Positions 1 to 9,054 of a DNA stretch of 64,000 nucleotides are shown piece by piece; the first letter of the stretch is position 1, and every line of letters starts with the position of its first letter. Under the pieces are notes generated by a model that had not been told where the DNA came from, did no database searches, and saw nothing but the letters and a program-made list of their open reading frames with translations. The DNA comes from a virus, in the IMG/VR virus record IMGVR_UViG_3300046820_000903, positions 18,292 to 82,291 of that record; one strand, 5' to 3'. Position numbers and translations under genes: made by a program.

Positions 1-276
1 GTTCCAAATTTGTGGCTCACGGTCTCCGCGGCGTGTCATGTGATCAAAGATAATGTGTCCAAGTTCGTGACCAAAGCCAAAAATCATTTCACCATCTGAC
101 AACTTGCTAACGAACTCCGAATTGTAGTAAAACTTGCGACCGTCTGTTGCAATAGTCTTGCACCATTCAACTTCTTCCAACTTTAGACGTGTCGCCAAAG
201 GACCCCAGAAGGGATACTTCAAAAGCATAGCAACACGGCTTTTAACTAGTTTATCACGAGCAGGCAATTTAGACAT
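1..276 (-). CDS. HExxH metallopeptidase-like (DUF2201/VWA-associated) protein, N-terminal part, runs off the window start
   Basis: Hand translation: MSKLPARDKLVKSRVAMLLKYPFWG...TIATDGRKFYYN...GHELGHIIFDH. The TDG and HExxH motifs are typical of partners of MoxR AAA ATPases. AGGAG RBS and a sigma70 promoter lie upstream. Not in the ORF track. Confidence 0.8.
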   Translation of the reverse strand, partial: MSKLPARDKLVKSRVAMLLKYPFWGPLATRLKLEEVEWCKTIATDGRKFYYNSEFVSKLSDGEMIFGFGHELGHIIFDHMTRRGDREPQIWN

Positions 277-310
277 TTTAGGTGGCTCCTATTTGTTTCT
301 GTATGTATCT

Positions 311-339
311 ATTATACTATGTTCTTGGTTCCAGGTCAA
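311..339 (-). promoter_or_regulatory. sigma70-type early promoter
   Basis: Minus strand reads TTGACC-17 nt-TATAAT with an A-tract upstream. Confidence 0.8.
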
Positions 340-667
340 CCGTTTTTTCTTGTTTATTTTGTGGGCCTGATATATCCCAAATCATTGCTACTTGCGGGTC
401 TCTAAACCAAATATTTTGCTTTGGTATAAAGTCCCAATCCAATCGCTTTAATCCTTGTTCCCTGGCCCATCTGGTAACTTCATTAATTGTGGCTCCTTTG
501 GGATAAGTTCGGACGGACCAACTTTTCCTTTGTTCGCGGAGCCACTCGCTAACATCAGATGGGGTAGGGGGCTGGTCCGTCCAGACCTGGCGGGCTTCTG
601 AGCCGTACATTATTTCTAGTACGGCCCAGTCCCTTGACCTTTTATTCGTCTGTGAGTAAGTTGGCAT
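317..667 (-). CDS. hypothetical protein, probable distant member of the small F-x-L-x-W paralogue family
   Basis: ORF in operon context; C-terminal IWFRDPQVAMIW resembles the family motif. The start may be later (610). Confidence 0.55.
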   Translation of the reverse strand: MPTYSQTNKRSRDWAVLEIMYGSEARQVWTDQPPTPSDVSEWLREQRKSWSVRTYPKGATINEVTRWAREQGLKRLDWDFIPKQNIWFRDPQVAMIWDISGPQNKQEKTVDLEPRT

Positions 668-1742
668 AGCGTTTGAAGAACTCTGGAAAGTTGGTCATTT
701 TCTTACGATCAAATACAACCTTATAGTTCTTCAATACAGTATGAGCACCCATAATAACCATCTCTGGTTCAAAGTTACTCATCATAAAGCTGAGCCAGTT
801 ATCTGCACTCTTGTTAAAGTCTTCCAACTTGCCGCTTCTCTTGCCATCTTCATAACGTGTACGAAGTTCGTAGCTTAGGCTGGTAACCAAAGCATAAGCG
901 GCTGACACTTCCTTGCTCTTGAAGGTGGTAACTTTGCCTGACAGCACATCTGCTGGATCAGGTAAGTCTGCGGCATGCTTACGGTGTGCCATAAACTTAA
1001 TTGCCATACCTTCGCCAACCAAGCCTGCTACCATATCTGTGTTGGCAGAGTCGGGCATGTCGTCATCCAACATGTCGCTTACAAAACTCCAGGTGCGTGG
1101 AGTAGCAAAGGCACGGTCATGTTGTGTAGGATCAAAATTGTACAAGTCGCCTTTGAACTGTTTCAAGAAGCCCACCACGTGTGGATGGACTTCGTTCATA
1201 ATAGCCCATTGTTCCCAGTCTTCAAAGTCCACTCGGATCTCTAAGTGCATGAAGCGGTTAGCCAGTGGGCTAGGCATACGATATGTAACACCCTTATCAC
1301 CCATTCGGTTACCTGCGGCAATTAGAACTACATTGCCTGGCAATGTGTATTGTCCAACCTTGCGGTTAAGAATAAGCTGGTAAGCCGCGGCCTGAACAGC
1401 AGGAGGGGCAGAGTTAAGTTCGTCTAAGAACAAGAATACAATGTCGTATTCTTTAGCAAAATCTGCACTAGGCAATTCTGAAGGGGTAGCCCACTTCATA
1501 GTGTTATCGCCTTGACTGTAGTAAGGGACACCTTTAATGTCCGTTGGATCCATAAGAGCCATACGCAGGTCGACAACAGCAGAGTTGGGCCACTCTGCGG
1601 CAACCTGGTTCACCATGTCGGACTTGCCAACACCAGGAGGACCCCAAACAAACACCGGGCGGCGTTTTGCAACGGCGCGGCGAAGAATAGGTTTACACTC
1701 GCTAATCTTAACGGTGCGTGTTTCGACTGTATTATTTCCCAT
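642..1742 (-). CDS. MoxR-type AAA+ ATPase
   Basis: Walker A GPPGVGKS, Walker B LFLDELN, AAGNR sensor, PLANRF, TPRTW. Confidence 0.9.
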   Translation of the reverse strand: MGNNTVETRTVKISECKPILRRAVAKRRPVFVWGPPGVGKSDMVNQVAAEWPNSAVVDLRMALMDPTDIKGVPYYSQGDNTMKWATPSELPSADFAKEYDIVFLFLDELNSAPPAVQAAAYQLILNRKVGQYTLPGNVVLIAAGNRMGDKGVTYRMPSPLANRFMHLEIRVDFEDWEQWAIMNEVHPHVVGFLKQFKGDLYNFDPTQHDRAFATPRTWSFVSDMLDDDMPDSANTDMVAGLVGEGMAIKFMAHRKHAADLPDPADVLSGKVTTFKSKEVSAAYALVTSLSYELRTRYEDGKRSGKLEDFNKSADNWLSFMMSNFEPEMVIMGAHTVLKNYKVVFDRKKMTNFPEFFKRYANLLTDE

Positions 1743-1777
1743 TTGGTGGCTCCTACTTAGGGTGTGTTAAAAATTTA

Positions 1778-1806
1778 ATTATAGCAAAGAATGAGGTATT
1801 TGTCAA
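1778..1806 (-). promoter_or_regulatory. sigma70-type early promoter, perfect consensus
   Basis: TTGACA-17 nt-TATAAT upstream of the AAA gene. Confidence 0.85.
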
Positions 1807-1816
1807 TACCCCATTC
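1789..1816 (-). terminator. hairpin, probable terminator overlapping the next promoter
   Basis: GAATGGGGTATT-GACA-AATACCTCATTC forms a 12-bp stem with one GU pair, followed by TTT, just after the stop of 1825..2193. Confidence 0.5.
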
Positions 1817-1824
1817 CGTTGTAT

Positions 1825-2193
1825 TTAGGCAACTGCTTTTGGCAACTCGCGGCCTTCGGGCATAACTTGAGCGATAAACTCGCTTGAGTCAATTTGCTCT
1901 TTAGTCATTGGCTCTGGCAGTTCTACAAATTTAACATCTGTACAACCAGCACGGACCAAGGTACGAGTACGGCGCTTGTCGTTAGTGTAGCGAAAGGCAC
2001 CACGACCCTTTTTGTCAACAGCATATCCAACGTGGGTGAAAGTTTCACCAGCGATAACTTCTGCAATAGCGGCTTCAACGACAGCAGGTGCTACTACAGG
2101 AGCGGCAACTACCATTTCCATGACACCAGCGGCACGAGCACGAGCGGCACGTTTACGAATAGCGTCGGGGGTTTGCGAAAGAACTTTAGACAT
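1825..2193 (-). CDS. hypothetical protein
   Basis: 122-aa ORF with GGAG RBS and its own promoter. Confidence 0.75.
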   Translation of the reverse strand: MSKVLSQTPDAIRKRAARARAAGVMEMVVAAPVVAPAVVEAAIAEVIAGETFTHVGYAVDKKGRGAFRYTNDKRRTRTLVRAGCTDVKFVELPEPMTKEQIDSSEFIAQVMPEGRELPKAVA

Positions 2194-2252
2194 ATAAAAA
2201 CTCCAATTTGTTTGTTGAGTGTGTTATTGCAGAACCGTTCCGCAATAGTGTT

Positions 2253-2281
2253 ACTATACTACAGACCCAGATCCTTGTCAA
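2253..2281 (-). promoter_or_regulatory. sigma70-type early promoter
   Basis: TTGACA-17 nt-TATAGT, followed by a 10-bp leader hairpin at 2225-2247. Confidence 0.75.
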
Positions 2282-2423
2282 CCTGTTTTTGGTTCTTTGC
2301 GTGTCGTTTATATGCAACACGACTCTGCTCAACCTTACCTTTAAAAGGGGTATTTGCAGAGTACAGTTCCACACAACGGCGCTTTGAACGCTCAAGTTTG
2401 ATTGTGATAGTAGTCCGTTTCAT
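2259..2423 (-). CDS. small basic protein, ArfA-like
   Basis: Hand translation, 54 aa: MKRTTITIKLERSKRRCVELYSANTPFKGKVEQSRVAYKRHAKNQKQVDKDLGL. It lies directly downstream of a consensus promoter. Confidence 0.6.
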   Translation of the reverse strand: MKRTTITIKLERSKRRCVELYSANTPFKGKVEQSRVAYKRHAKNQKQVDKDLGL

Positions 2424-2432
2424 AGTGTTACT

Positions 2433-2461
2433 ATTATATGTGTTTTAGAGCCAAGAGTCAA
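2433..2461 (-). promoter_or_regulatory. sigma70-type early promoter with UP-like A-tracts
   Basis: TTGACT-17 nt-TATAAT with several A-tracts upstream (2466-2500). Confidence 0.8.
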
Positions 2462-2548
2462 CCGGTTTTTGCACTTTTTTGACTCTTTTTTGTTGTTTTT
2501 TGCAACTCTGCTTAAAAAATAAGCAGATTAGTACTTTGTACTACTTTG

Positions 2549-2555
2549 CTAAATA
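2549..2555 (+). promoter_or_regulatory. T4-like late promoter motif
   Basis: CTAAATA 5 nt before the ATG at 2561. Confidence 0.55.
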
Positions 2556-2560
2556 TGGTT

Positions 2561-3259
2561 ATGAATCCACGCCAAATTTTATCAGCCGCTTTTACAGCAA
2601 ACGGAGGTATTGCTGACTTTAGACCTCAATCAAATGCACTTGTTCCATTGGTGCTACCTGCGCCAGTTGGCACTTCAAACTTTTGGGTCAAGGGTCATAG
2701 CTTTCAGCTCAGTGAACGTGTTTGGCAAAACAACAATTCTGTTAAAGTAGTTGGGTTGGTATTCCATTGGTTCCTTGCACAAGATACAGGTGTTGAAACA
2801 TCTTTAGCAAATAAAATTAATCCGTTGCTTGCATCTGAAGTCTACTATTTTAGAACCACTGACATGGCATGGATGGGCACGGCAGTGACGCAACTATATC
2901 CAACTATTGGTTCATTTTTAAGAATTCCAGATCTTACACAAAATCTTACATTTTGGATTAAAAACGATACACCAGTTGCCGCCCCAGAGGTTAGTAATGT
3001 TGACCAAAGCTTTTACTGTTCAGTGAGAGCAGGCAAGCCACTACTTACTGCTCCTAGCATCATGAATTCCAACTCAGCAACTATGTCAGATCGTGTAATT
3101 GCTTCGAAGATACCTTTGAACATCAGTTGGAGAACAGAAGGTACTAAGTTAAAGTTTGGTTCAACTGGATTAAACTTTAGAATTGAAACGTTAAACAGCA
3201 GAATAGATCAAGTTGAAGTAAAGCTCGGCAGTACAAACACAGCACTTGTTAGAATTTAA
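2561..3259 (+). CDS. hypothetical protein, probably late or structural
   Basis: Long beta-rich ORF on the opposite strand, behind a TAAATA motif. Confidence 0.7.
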   Translation: MNPRQILSAAFTANGGIADFRPQSNALVPLVLPAPVGTSNFWVKGHSFQLSERVWQNNNSVKVVGLVFHWFLAQDTGVETSLANKINPLLASEVYYFRTTDMAWMGTAVTQLYPTIGSFLRIPDLTQNLTFWIKNDTPVAAPEVSNVDQSFYCSVRAGKPLLTAPSIMNSNSATMSDRVIASKIPLNISWRTEGTKLKFGSTGLNFRIETLNSRIDQVEVKLGSTNTALVRI

Positions 3260-3666
3260 CTTTTGCGTTGAATAGACCTGCGTAACCCATCAAGCCATAG
3301 CAAGATATCATCGTTTACTAAACGTATTTCTATGGCATCGTTTTCCCCAAAAATACGGAAGTAACCTGCTCCGTGGTAGTAAGGCCAATCTAAGTGTTGC
3401 TCGAGACCAATCAAATGCCCAGGCTTTGGACTCCAACCAGGAGGCATTTGATAAGACCAATATCGAAAGTGTGGTTTCATTAGTTCCCAACCAAAAGCAG
3501 TTAAGCGCAAACCTTTTTGCCGTCCTGGCTGGTAGTTTTTAAACACCGTGTATGGTGTTATTTTTGTTGCCTCCCATATATGAGGCACAGGATACTGAGC
3601 TAGGTACTCAGTTATCTTTAAAGCTAGTTCCTGACTCATTGATTTTGCGACCTTGTTTGAGTTCAA
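3256..3666 (-). CDS. hypothetical protein
   Basis: ORF coupled to the upstream gene; likely start MSQEL. Confidence 0.7.
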   Translation of the reverse strand: MNSNKVAKSMSQELALKITEYLAQYPVPHIWEATKITPYTVFKNYQPGRQKGLRLTAFGWELMKPHFRYWSYQMPPGWSPKPGHLIGLEQHLDWPYYHGAGYFRIFGENDAIEIRLVNDDILLWLDGLRRSIQRKS

Positions 3667-3919
3667 CTACACTAAAATCTGTAGTTTTAAACATTTTGTT
3701 CAAACGGTCAGACAAGTTAAATGCATGTCCGGGGTTAGAAAAACTTACCTTTTTATATTTTGGCCCTGGGTACGAAACCAAGCTATTCAGGGTACGTAAG
3801 TTAATAGGTTTGTCTTTATAGAATACGGCATATATAGCGTCAGCCGCGAGCACCTCTTCACTTTTATACGTGCGAGGGTTTGTATTTGTTAGTATTATTG
3901 TTGGCTTAGGTCTGCTCAT
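3608..3919 (-). CDS. hypothetical phage protein
   Basis: MSRPKPTIIL...GPKYKKVSFSNPGHAFNL; CTAAATA motif just upstream (3925-3931). Confidence 0.75.
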   Translation of the reverse strand: MSRPKPTIILTNTNPRTYKSEEVLAADAIYAVFYKDKPINLRTLNSLVSYPGPKYKKVSFSNPGHAFNLSDRLNKMFKTTDFSVVELKQGRKINESGTSFKDN

Positions 3920-3967
3920 GCACTTATTTAGCAAAAGTGCGTATTTAATGGACCTATTAACTACAGC

Positions 3968-4354
3968 TTAAATTGTTGTTTTGGTAGAATGAATAGTCTT
4001 TAGCTTACTGCCGTATGCTACTACACAGCTAATTTCACGATTTTTATTGTCTGTTAGTACAAGAGTCCATTCTCTAGTTTCTCTATTTGCCCAAAAAGAC
4101 ATCACAAACAGATCATCAACTACGCCAGTGGCAATGATATCTTCATTATTGGCATTTAAAGTTGCTCCTACTTCTATGCTAGGGCCGCAAGTCCATTTGC
4201 TATCAACTACAACACTTGCGGCCAACACTGGGATACACTTTGCTATAAGATATAGCAATAATCCAAATATGGCAATTTTAGTTATAAGTGGCCGCCAGCC
4301 ATTGAGTATGTTGTTGAGCATTATCTGAAGCCTTCTGTAATCCATACTTACCAC
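3968..4354 (-). CDS. hypothetical exported or membrane protein
   Basis: Hydrophobic N-terminal segment followed by a small Cys-containing domain. Confidence 0.6.
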   Translation of the reverse strand: MVSMDYRRLQIMLNNILNGWRPLITKIAIFGLLLYLIAKCIPVLAASVVVDSKWTCGPSIEVGATLNANNEDIIATGVVDDLFVMSFWANRETREWTLVLTDNKNREISCVVAYGSKLKTIHSTKTTI

Positions 4355-5261
4355 AGAACTTCATAAAATGTGGTCCTACAGAGGGATTACGTTCTTTCTG
4401 TACAGCTTCGGCAATGGTTTGATCGAGGATAGCTTTAATATTGTCGGGTTGTGCTGTTAAGTCAATAATAGCTTTGTTGCGCTCGTAATCATCTCTAACC
4501 AAATGTTCGACACCTTCGTGGTCGGACCAACGTTGCAACATTAGATTGTTCCACATGAATCCGCGGTTGTTTCTGTCGGCAAAGGCCTCACGGAGACCAA
4601 CCTTATTCTTTGTCCCCTTCTCACGTACTCCCGGATACGCAGAGAAGACATTGTCGGAGGTGTCGCCACGCATACACTTCTCAAAGAGTAGCCATTGTGG
4701 GTCTGGTGCGGCTTTGATTTCACCAGTCTTTTTATCTTTAATAGGCTTACGCTTGTCATCAAAGTATCCTTCATGTGTAGTTAATACGCCCGAGATACCA
4801 TTGAACAATTGAACATTAGGTGCAATGAGTTGTTCAAAGTCTGTGTCGCTTGAAACGATAATGTGGTTATCGCTTGGATGCAATTGGATCCAGCGAGCAA
4901 TGAAGTCATCGGCTTCGCATACAGGATTGCGTAGTACTGTTACGTTAGTCTTAGTGCTAATGTACTCGTAGAACTTGTCAAAGCTTTCCCAAAACAGCTT
5001 TTCTTCTTCTGCCTCTGCGGTAGTATGTTTAGCACGACCTTCTGCACGATTGGCTTTATAAGGAAGATAGACATCTTTGCGCCAGCTACGACCTTCAAAG
5101 CAGAACACAACATGTTTGCCCTGACGATCTCTCCACTCACGTAGAACAGATGCAAGAATAATGTGATAGCTCATGGCCACACGTTCTTCTGGATCACCAG
5201 TACGGATCACGTGCCGTGCGCGAAAGAATAGATTAGCGGCGTCAACGATTAGATAGCTCAT
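4278..5261 (-). CDS. rnh: T4-type RNase H / 5'-3' exonuclease
   Basis: LIVDAANLFFR, SWRKDVYLPYKANR, EADDFI, SSDTDFEQL and GDTSDNV motifs of the FEN/PIN 5' nuclease family. Confidence 0.88.
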   Translation of the reverse strand: MSYLIVDAANLFFRARHVIRTGDPEERVAMSYHIILASVLREWRDRQGKHVVFCFEGRSWRKDVYLPYKANRAEGRAKHTTAEAEEEKLFWESFDKFYEYISTKTNVTVLRNPVCEADDFIARWIQLHPSDNHIIVSSDTDFEQLIAPNVQLFNGISGVLTTHEGYFDDKRKPIKDKKTGEIKAAPDPQWLLFEKCMRGDTSDNVFSAYPGVREKGTKNKVGLREAFADRNNRGFMWNNLMLQRWSDHEGVEHLVRDDYERNKAIIDLTAQPDNIKAILDQTIAEAVQKERNPSVGPHFMKFCGKYGLQKASDNAQQHTQWLAATYN

Positions 5262-5267
5262 GTGTGT

Positions 5268-5296
5268 ATTGTAGCAAGAGCTACTAGAAAAGTCAA
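5268..5296 (-). promoter_or_regulatory. sigma70-type promoter, probably leaderless transcript
   Basis: TTGACT-17 nt-TACAAT ending 6 nt before the rnh ATG. Confidence 0.7.
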
Positions 5297-5616
5297 GCCT
5301 GATTACGAGTTTTATTGTTTGTTGCCATTCGGCCCGCTTCGGCTATAAATGAGCCATCTGCCATCCCATCCATACCAACATTACGGCAGAGTTCGGTGAA
5401 CCAACCATCAACGATTTCTTCTGGTGTAGCACCTCTAAAACCATTTTCTCTTAGGAACAGCACAAAGGCAGGATTCCATTCAAGTTCGAAATAACCTTGC
5501 TTTGGATTATTAGGATCAACATGTGCGGCAATAACATTAACCCATGGGTCTGGATTATCCTTCATTGACTTTGCAGTTGGTTTACGTTTGAATAGATTCT
5601 TAATATAGGTTAGCAT
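5293..5616 (-). CDS. hypothetical protein
   Basis: 107-aa ORF in the gene-dense array. Confidence 0.7.
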   Translation of the reverse strand: MLTYIKNLFKRKPTAKSMKDNPDPWVNVIAAHVDPNNPKQGYFELEWNPAFVLFLRENGFRGATPEEIVDGWFTELCRNVGMDGMADGSFIAEAGRMATNNKTRNQA

Positions 5617-5652
5617 ATGAATACTTATTTTGAGAAGTTACCGGTAAACAGC

Positions 5653-6564
5653 CTAATTTGCTTTTAAGTCAAGGAAGTTATCCCACTTATATGCCTTATG
5701 AAAGAAAAAGTTAAAATACTTTTGTGGAACAGCGTGTGAATACGAACCATTTCCACGAAGACCTCTGTCCATTACTTTAGTAAACATGAACTCGTCTTTG
5801 AACTGTTTTTGCATTAATGCAACTTTATTTGTTGAAAATGCCACTGGTAAAAAGTTGGTAGTATCAATGATCCATTGAAACAGCGCCATACCTCTAGGAT
5901 GTTTAGGATAAATGTCATCCATTACAATTATAGCGTTGTCATTTATGTAGTTGGTAGTAAGGTCTTGAAAAATTTCTTGATTCTCTTCAAACGAATCAGC
6001 GGCAAGATCAAACATCACCAAATCAAATTTTCTCTGACCTGGAATGCTCTTTAGGCTAACGTACATTTCTCTATGAGGTGGATTGTCTATTTTGTAAAAG
6101 GTTGTAAACTTCTGCCAAAAAATAACAAACTCTTCTACAGTTGACGGCGGAACACAATATTTGCCGTGTACTTCAAACATTTGTTGCTTCTCGGGATTAA
6201 TGTTTTCCAGCTTCCATGTGTCTAGATGAAATTTCTTTAAGAACTTTCCTGAAAACATATCATGTCCTCTAATGAAATTTGCAAGTTCTTTTACATAGGT
6301 GCAGTTATCTATTAGAGTCCAATTGAATTTTTTATTGTCTCCGTATAGTGTATGCAATTGTTCTGTTAAGATAGGAAGCATACCAAAATAGCTACCAAGG
6401 TCAAGTATATGTTTTGGATTGTGAGCTTCCATGAGAAGTGCAAAAAATACACAATCGGGATAGTGAAAGTTTAATGCAATATCTGGTTCATATAATGAAC
6501 TACGATCTATCGTTTTGAAGCCTTGCCATATAAAGTTTTCTGTAATTCGAGGTATGTTTAGCAT
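5653..6564 (-). CDS. putative class I SAM-dependent methyltransferase
   Basis: ILDLGSYFG motif I, FDLVMFD and IIVMDD. Confidence 0.6.
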   Translation of the reverse strand: MLNIPRITENFIWQGFKTIDRSSLYEPDIALNFHYPDCVFFALLMEAHNPKHILDLGSYFGMLPILTEQLHTLYGDNKKFNWTLIDNCTYVKELANFIRGHDMFSGKFLKKFHLDTWKLENINPEKQQMFEVHGKYCVPPSTVEEFVIFWQKFTTFYKIDNPPHREMYVSLKSIPGQRKFDLVMFDLAADSFEENQEIFQDLTTNYINDNAIIVMDDIYPKHPRGMALFQWIIDTTNFLPVAFSTNKVALMQKQFKDEFMFTKVMDRGLRGNGSYSHAVPQKYFNFFFHKAYKWDNFLDLKAN

Positions 6565-6824
6565 TAAAAAAATCTGTTTTCGCGCTTTTTAATCTCGATT
6601 AAGACATTATCTCTCCATTCATTGGATTCTCTATACCAGTTGTCTTTTTCATCAAGTGTGCGTGAACAACCGATGCAGAAATCTTTTTCATCTATAACGC
6701 AAATGCCCTGGCAGGGGTTTGATTCATTTGCGTGTTCCATCGTATTAACCTTGTCTGTCATAATAGTCGTGTTGGTTTTCATCAAGTTTAGTGTATAACT
6801 CTTTTGGTAAGAATAAGGCGGCAA
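6564..6824 (-). CDS. DUF1289-like small Cys-rich (Fe-S) protein
   Basis: SNPCQGICVID...CIGCSRTLDE..W pattern; true start probably later than the ORF start. Confidence 0.75.
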   Translation of the reverse strand: MPPYSYQKSYTLNLMKTNTTIMTDKVNTMEHANESNPCQGICVIDEKDFCIGCSRTLDEKDNWYRESNEWRDNVLIEIKKRENRFF

Positions 6825-7014
6825 TTCTCCGGCTCATTGGCAAGTTTGTTTCTTTTGGACGTTTAATTAAAGGAGAAACTCTATAGCCCTCAAATCGTAA
6901 TGATTGTACTTGGTGGCTAAGGCCACAGCTACATATCTGCTTCAACGGCAGAGTATAGAACGTATTATCTGAACTGCAAAGATGTGACCAAGTTTCCATA
7001 ATGCTATATATCAC
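6745..7014 (-). CDS. hypothetical protein
   Basis: ORF overlapping both neighbours in operon fashion. Confidence 0.5.
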   Translation of the reverse strand: MIYSIMETWSHLCSSDNTFYTLPLKQICSCGLSHQVQSLRFEGYRVSPLIKRPKETNLPMSRRIAALFLPKELYTKLDENQHDYYDRQG

Positions 7015-7370
7015 TTAAGGTGAGTTTTTTCTAGATTTACAATTTCTGCCTTGATAGCTTCAGCAAAGTTTAATGCTGATTGCTTGTTTAAAAGCATATG
7101 ATGTTCTTGCTTGTGTACTCCATTAACAAGTATATCATACACAGCTTTTAACCTATCTCCCCAACCTTTCCAGATTGGCGTCCACGTAGTGACATAGAAG
7201 CTTACTTCAACATCAGGGATGTCTTTATCACGTTGAACTTCAATCCACATTTTAACAGCATGGTCATCGGAGGTACAATCACACTCAACGTTAAAAACTT
7301 TAGCATCTCCAAAATCATTGTCGATGCTGATGCCCTGCGCTGGTCGTTGTGCTTTCATCACTTGCCCCAA
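7011..7370 (-). CDS. hypothetical protein
   Basis: ORF with CDCxxxxH motif; coupled to queE. Confidence 0.7.
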   Translation of the reverse strand: MGQVMKAQRPAQGISIDNDFGDAKVFNVECDCTSDDHAVKMWIEVQRDKDIPDVEVSFYVTTWTPIWKGWGDRLKAVYDILVNGVHKQEHHMLLNKQSALNFAEAIKAEIVNLEKTHLK

Positions 7371-8227
7371 CCGTTTGACCAGATGTCAACGTGCAGTCTA
7401 GGACTATATCTATAACCACGTGCCAGTGCTTCGTCTGCAATGTGTCTAGTATTTGAAAAGTATGCTTTGTCCGTGCCACCTACTGGCATAACATAAACTT
7501 GTCCACCAAAGCCTGCTTTGCGATACTCGCTAACTGCTTGGTCTACTTCTTTAAAATCTAAGATGTTATCAATAACAAACTTTAAGTAGGTATGTCCTAG
7601 TGTTTGATATTCGACTATAACATCGGGCTTAATAGCATCACTCCACTTTTCACCACTGGCACTTAACTTAGGGCTTACGCTAAAAGTTAGGTAGTCTCTG
7701 TCTCTACCAAAACGTGTCCATTCTTGAAACAAGTATTCATAAAAGTCTTCGTGTAACTTTTGAGTACCATTGGTTTCAAATGTTAAATTTTCTAAGTCTG
7801 CCATGCGTGGGTTGCTTAACAAACTTGGATAAAGCATTTGCCAACCCAACAACGGTTCACCACCTGTAATAACCAAATGTACATCGTTACCATTGTCTTG
7901 TAACCATTTATGATTAGGGGTAAGGTCTAGCATTGTGTCAATGCTTTGCTCTACGGAGTAGTTTGGACTAAGATGTTTAAAAGCAGGATGCCAACTTGCA
8001 TAGCTATCACATCCTGTTTGTGCTAACGGCAAGTCCATGAATGTTTTATATAAGTGAACTTCCTTACCAATGTCATCTGGCTCTGTAGTTTTCTCGCCAG
8101 CGGGCAGTCCAAAGCCCGGACACTTAAAGTTGCAACCAAATGTGCGGAAGAACACACTAGGTACACCTACAAAGCGTCCTTCGCCTTGTGCTGAGTAAAA
8201 GACTTCACTTACTTTAAATTCATTCAT
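7358..8227 (-). CDS. queE: 7-carboxy-7-deazaguanine synthase (radical SAM)
   Basis: EVFYSAQGEG..G.PSVFFRTFGCNFKC, GCDS, VITGGEPLL, ETNGT, SVSPKL and YSPRLHVDIW. Confidence 0.9.
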   Translation of the reverse strand: MNEFKVSEVFYSAQGEGRFVGVPSVFFRTFGCNFKCPGFGLPAGEKTTEPDDIGKEVHLYKTFMDLPLAQTGCDSYASWHPAFKHLSPNYSVEQSIDTMLDLTPNHKWLQDNGNDVHLVITGGEPLLGWQMLYPSLLSNPRMADLENLTFETNGTQKLHEDFYEYLFQEWTRFGRDRDYLTFSVSPKLSASGEKWSDAIKPDVIVEYQTLGHTYLKFVIDNILDFKEVDQAVSEYRKAGFGGQVYVMPVGGTDKAYFSNTRHIADEALARGYRYSPRLHVDIWSNGWGK

Positions 8228-8492
8228 AGATAGTAGACCACACTTTCAGTTTTTCAATTTTGGCTTGCTTTGCTTTGTCAAGGCCAGCTTCTGTTACAAT
8301 TCCCTTTAATTTTAACAGATCTACCATGGCAAGTACATCACCAATTTCACCTTCTAGGTGCTGTGCATTAGTTAGGGGCTTACCTGGCTTGAGGTTATCC
8401 AAACCAAAGCGATGACACTTGCTGACTGCTTGGATTACCTCTGCACATTCTTCACTGAGAATGTTCATAACTTCATGTAACTTGTTATCCAT
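8220..8492 (-). CDS. MazG-like NTP pyrophosphohydrolase
   Basis: EECAEVIQAVSK...EGEIGDVL all-alpha NTP-PPase motif. Confidence 0.75.
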   Translation of the reverse strand: MDNKLHEVMNILSEECAEVIQAVSKCHRFGLDNLKPGKPLTNAQHLEGEIGDVLAMVDLLKLKGIVTEAGLDKAKQAKIEKLKVWSTIYE

Positions 8493-8493
8493 A

Positions 8494-9045
8494 TTAACCT
8501 AAGTCCTGTCCGTAATCATCTGTAAATTTATCTAGCTTGTGTCTTTCAATTGCGGCACGAAGTGCTTCTTCAATAAGTGCATTAAAAGTCATATCACGTT
8601 CGTGAGCTAGCTTCATATATTTTAGCAATTCTTCGTCAGTGAAGTCAACTGGTACTTGCACACGAGTATCATAGGTTTCACCATTTACAATGGCTTCTAG
8701 TTTTTCAAGGAAGTCTTCTTCTACTTCCAAATCAGTGTAGTCAACGTCATCCCACGCTTGGTTACCAAGCGCACCGCGACTAGATGCCTCAGCACTATGT
8801 TTAGCCTGATACTTGGGATTGATTAATCGATATGCTCGATCATTTGTATAGTCACATACTTCAACTTCATATACTTTTTGGCTCTTTGTGCTAAACACAA
8901 TGTTAGCACTCCATCCACCACTACCATGGATGCCATTCCATGAACTTAGTTGATATGAGTTTGAACCATAGCAAGTCCATCCATAGTCGCCGCCTTCGGT
9001 AATACGGAATCCAGTTGTTTCAAAAAATTGTTGCAAGCTAATCAT
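8494..9045 (-). CDS. hypothetical protein
   Basis: 183-aa ORF; C-terminal AHERDMTFNALIEEAL resembles a ribbon-helix-helix. Confidence 0.7.
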   Translation of the reverse strand: MISLQQFFETTGFRITEGGDYGWTCYGSNSYQLSSWNGIHGSGGWSANIVFSTKSQKVYEVEVCDYTNDRAYRLINPKYQAKHSAEASSRGALGNQAWDDVDYTDLEVEEDFLEKLEAIVNGETYDTRVQVPVDFTDEELLKYMKLAHERDMTFNALIEEALRAAIERHKLDKFTDDYGQDLG

Positions 9046-9054
9046 ACTAACTCC

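Noticed and set aside
2186-2395. 69-aa minus-strand ORF from the track
   Set aside because: It runs across a promoter and leader hairpin. The alternative frame 2259..2423 has an ATG right after a consensus promoter and is more plausible.
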